NCBI GenBank assembly: GCA_950097015.1
Contig: CATNEN010000037.1
Span: 2,356,001-2,420,000, forward strand
From: Macrostomum hystrix
Lineage: Eukaryota; Animalia; Platyhelminthes
Direction: 5' to 3'
DNA: 64,000 nucleotides
How positions within the stretch are numbered: the first letter of the stretch is position 1; every line of letters starts with the position of its first letter. A program made the position numbers and the translations under genes. Of this stretch, positions 63,605 to 64,000 are shown piece after piece. The notes below the pieces were generated by a model. That model saw only the letters and a list, made by a program, of their open reading frames with translations, had not been told where the DNA came from and made no database searches.

Positions 63605-63903
63605 AATCTCCGCGAGGAGGCAATTCTGCCCATTTCGCTGACTCCAGAGCACACGCACACAGATACTGTACGCAGGCACACACTCACACTGGTGTGTACA
63701 TCTGCCCTGACTTTCTCATCGTCAGGCAGTGTACACTCTCACTGTGCTTCGGAGGTTGGCCCTGAAGGGTGTAAATTGCATGACGAGCCCCTAAGCCTTC
63801 TCTCCGCGGCTGCGCCCCAAATGAATGTGGTCTCGTCGCGGAATCGAACTCAGGAACCTTGGTGCGAGAGGCAAACGCGTTAGACCGCTCTCCCACTCAC
63901 CCC
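63605..63903 (-). mobile_element. tRNA-derived SINE, family A copy 3
   Basis: Full-length alignment by eye with the copies at 22078 and 55900; A/B boxes on the minus strand. Confidence 0.8.
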
Positions 63904-64000
63904 TTAGAAGCGGACTCCAGCAGAGAAGTCCCAAACAGTCAAAAGCCCCCCACCTGCTGCAGTTGCTGCTTTGGCTAGTTCTATTATCGATAAAGAAGCT

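Overview
Eukaryotic (invertebrate metazoan) genomic DNA with GC-rich exons, AT-rich introns and about 19 minisatellite arrays, each with its own unit. This architecture and a 35-nt intron suggest a flatworm such as Macrostomum, but that is inference only. Three conserved multi-exon genes lie on the minus strand: SPOP/roadkill (MATH-BTB, 1766-18336), cytosolic carboxypeptidase 1 (AGTPBP1/Nna1, 29422-35733) and lipoyl synthase (LIAS, 42061 to about 44054, 5' end unresolved). The first coding exon of a class C GPCR (mGluR/mXR-like) is at 52443-52857 (+). Mobile DNA includes an internally deleted Helitron with a nested hAT MITE, a second hAT MITE, tRNA-derived SINEs, LINE remnants, a Sola2-like transposase pseudogene and a Crypton-like remnant next to a three-stem foldback. 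Nearly all long ORFs in the supplied track are minisatellite artefacts. The most striking unexplained feature is a tandem pair of intronless genes (39018-39362, 40905-41252). Each encodes a signal peptide, a pro-region, a furin-type site and a Cys-rich mature peptide. The prepro regions are about 99% identical, while the mature peptides are highly divergent but share a C-x6-C-x3-C-x6-CCC framework. This is a conotoxin-like precursor organisation that I cannot assign to a known family.
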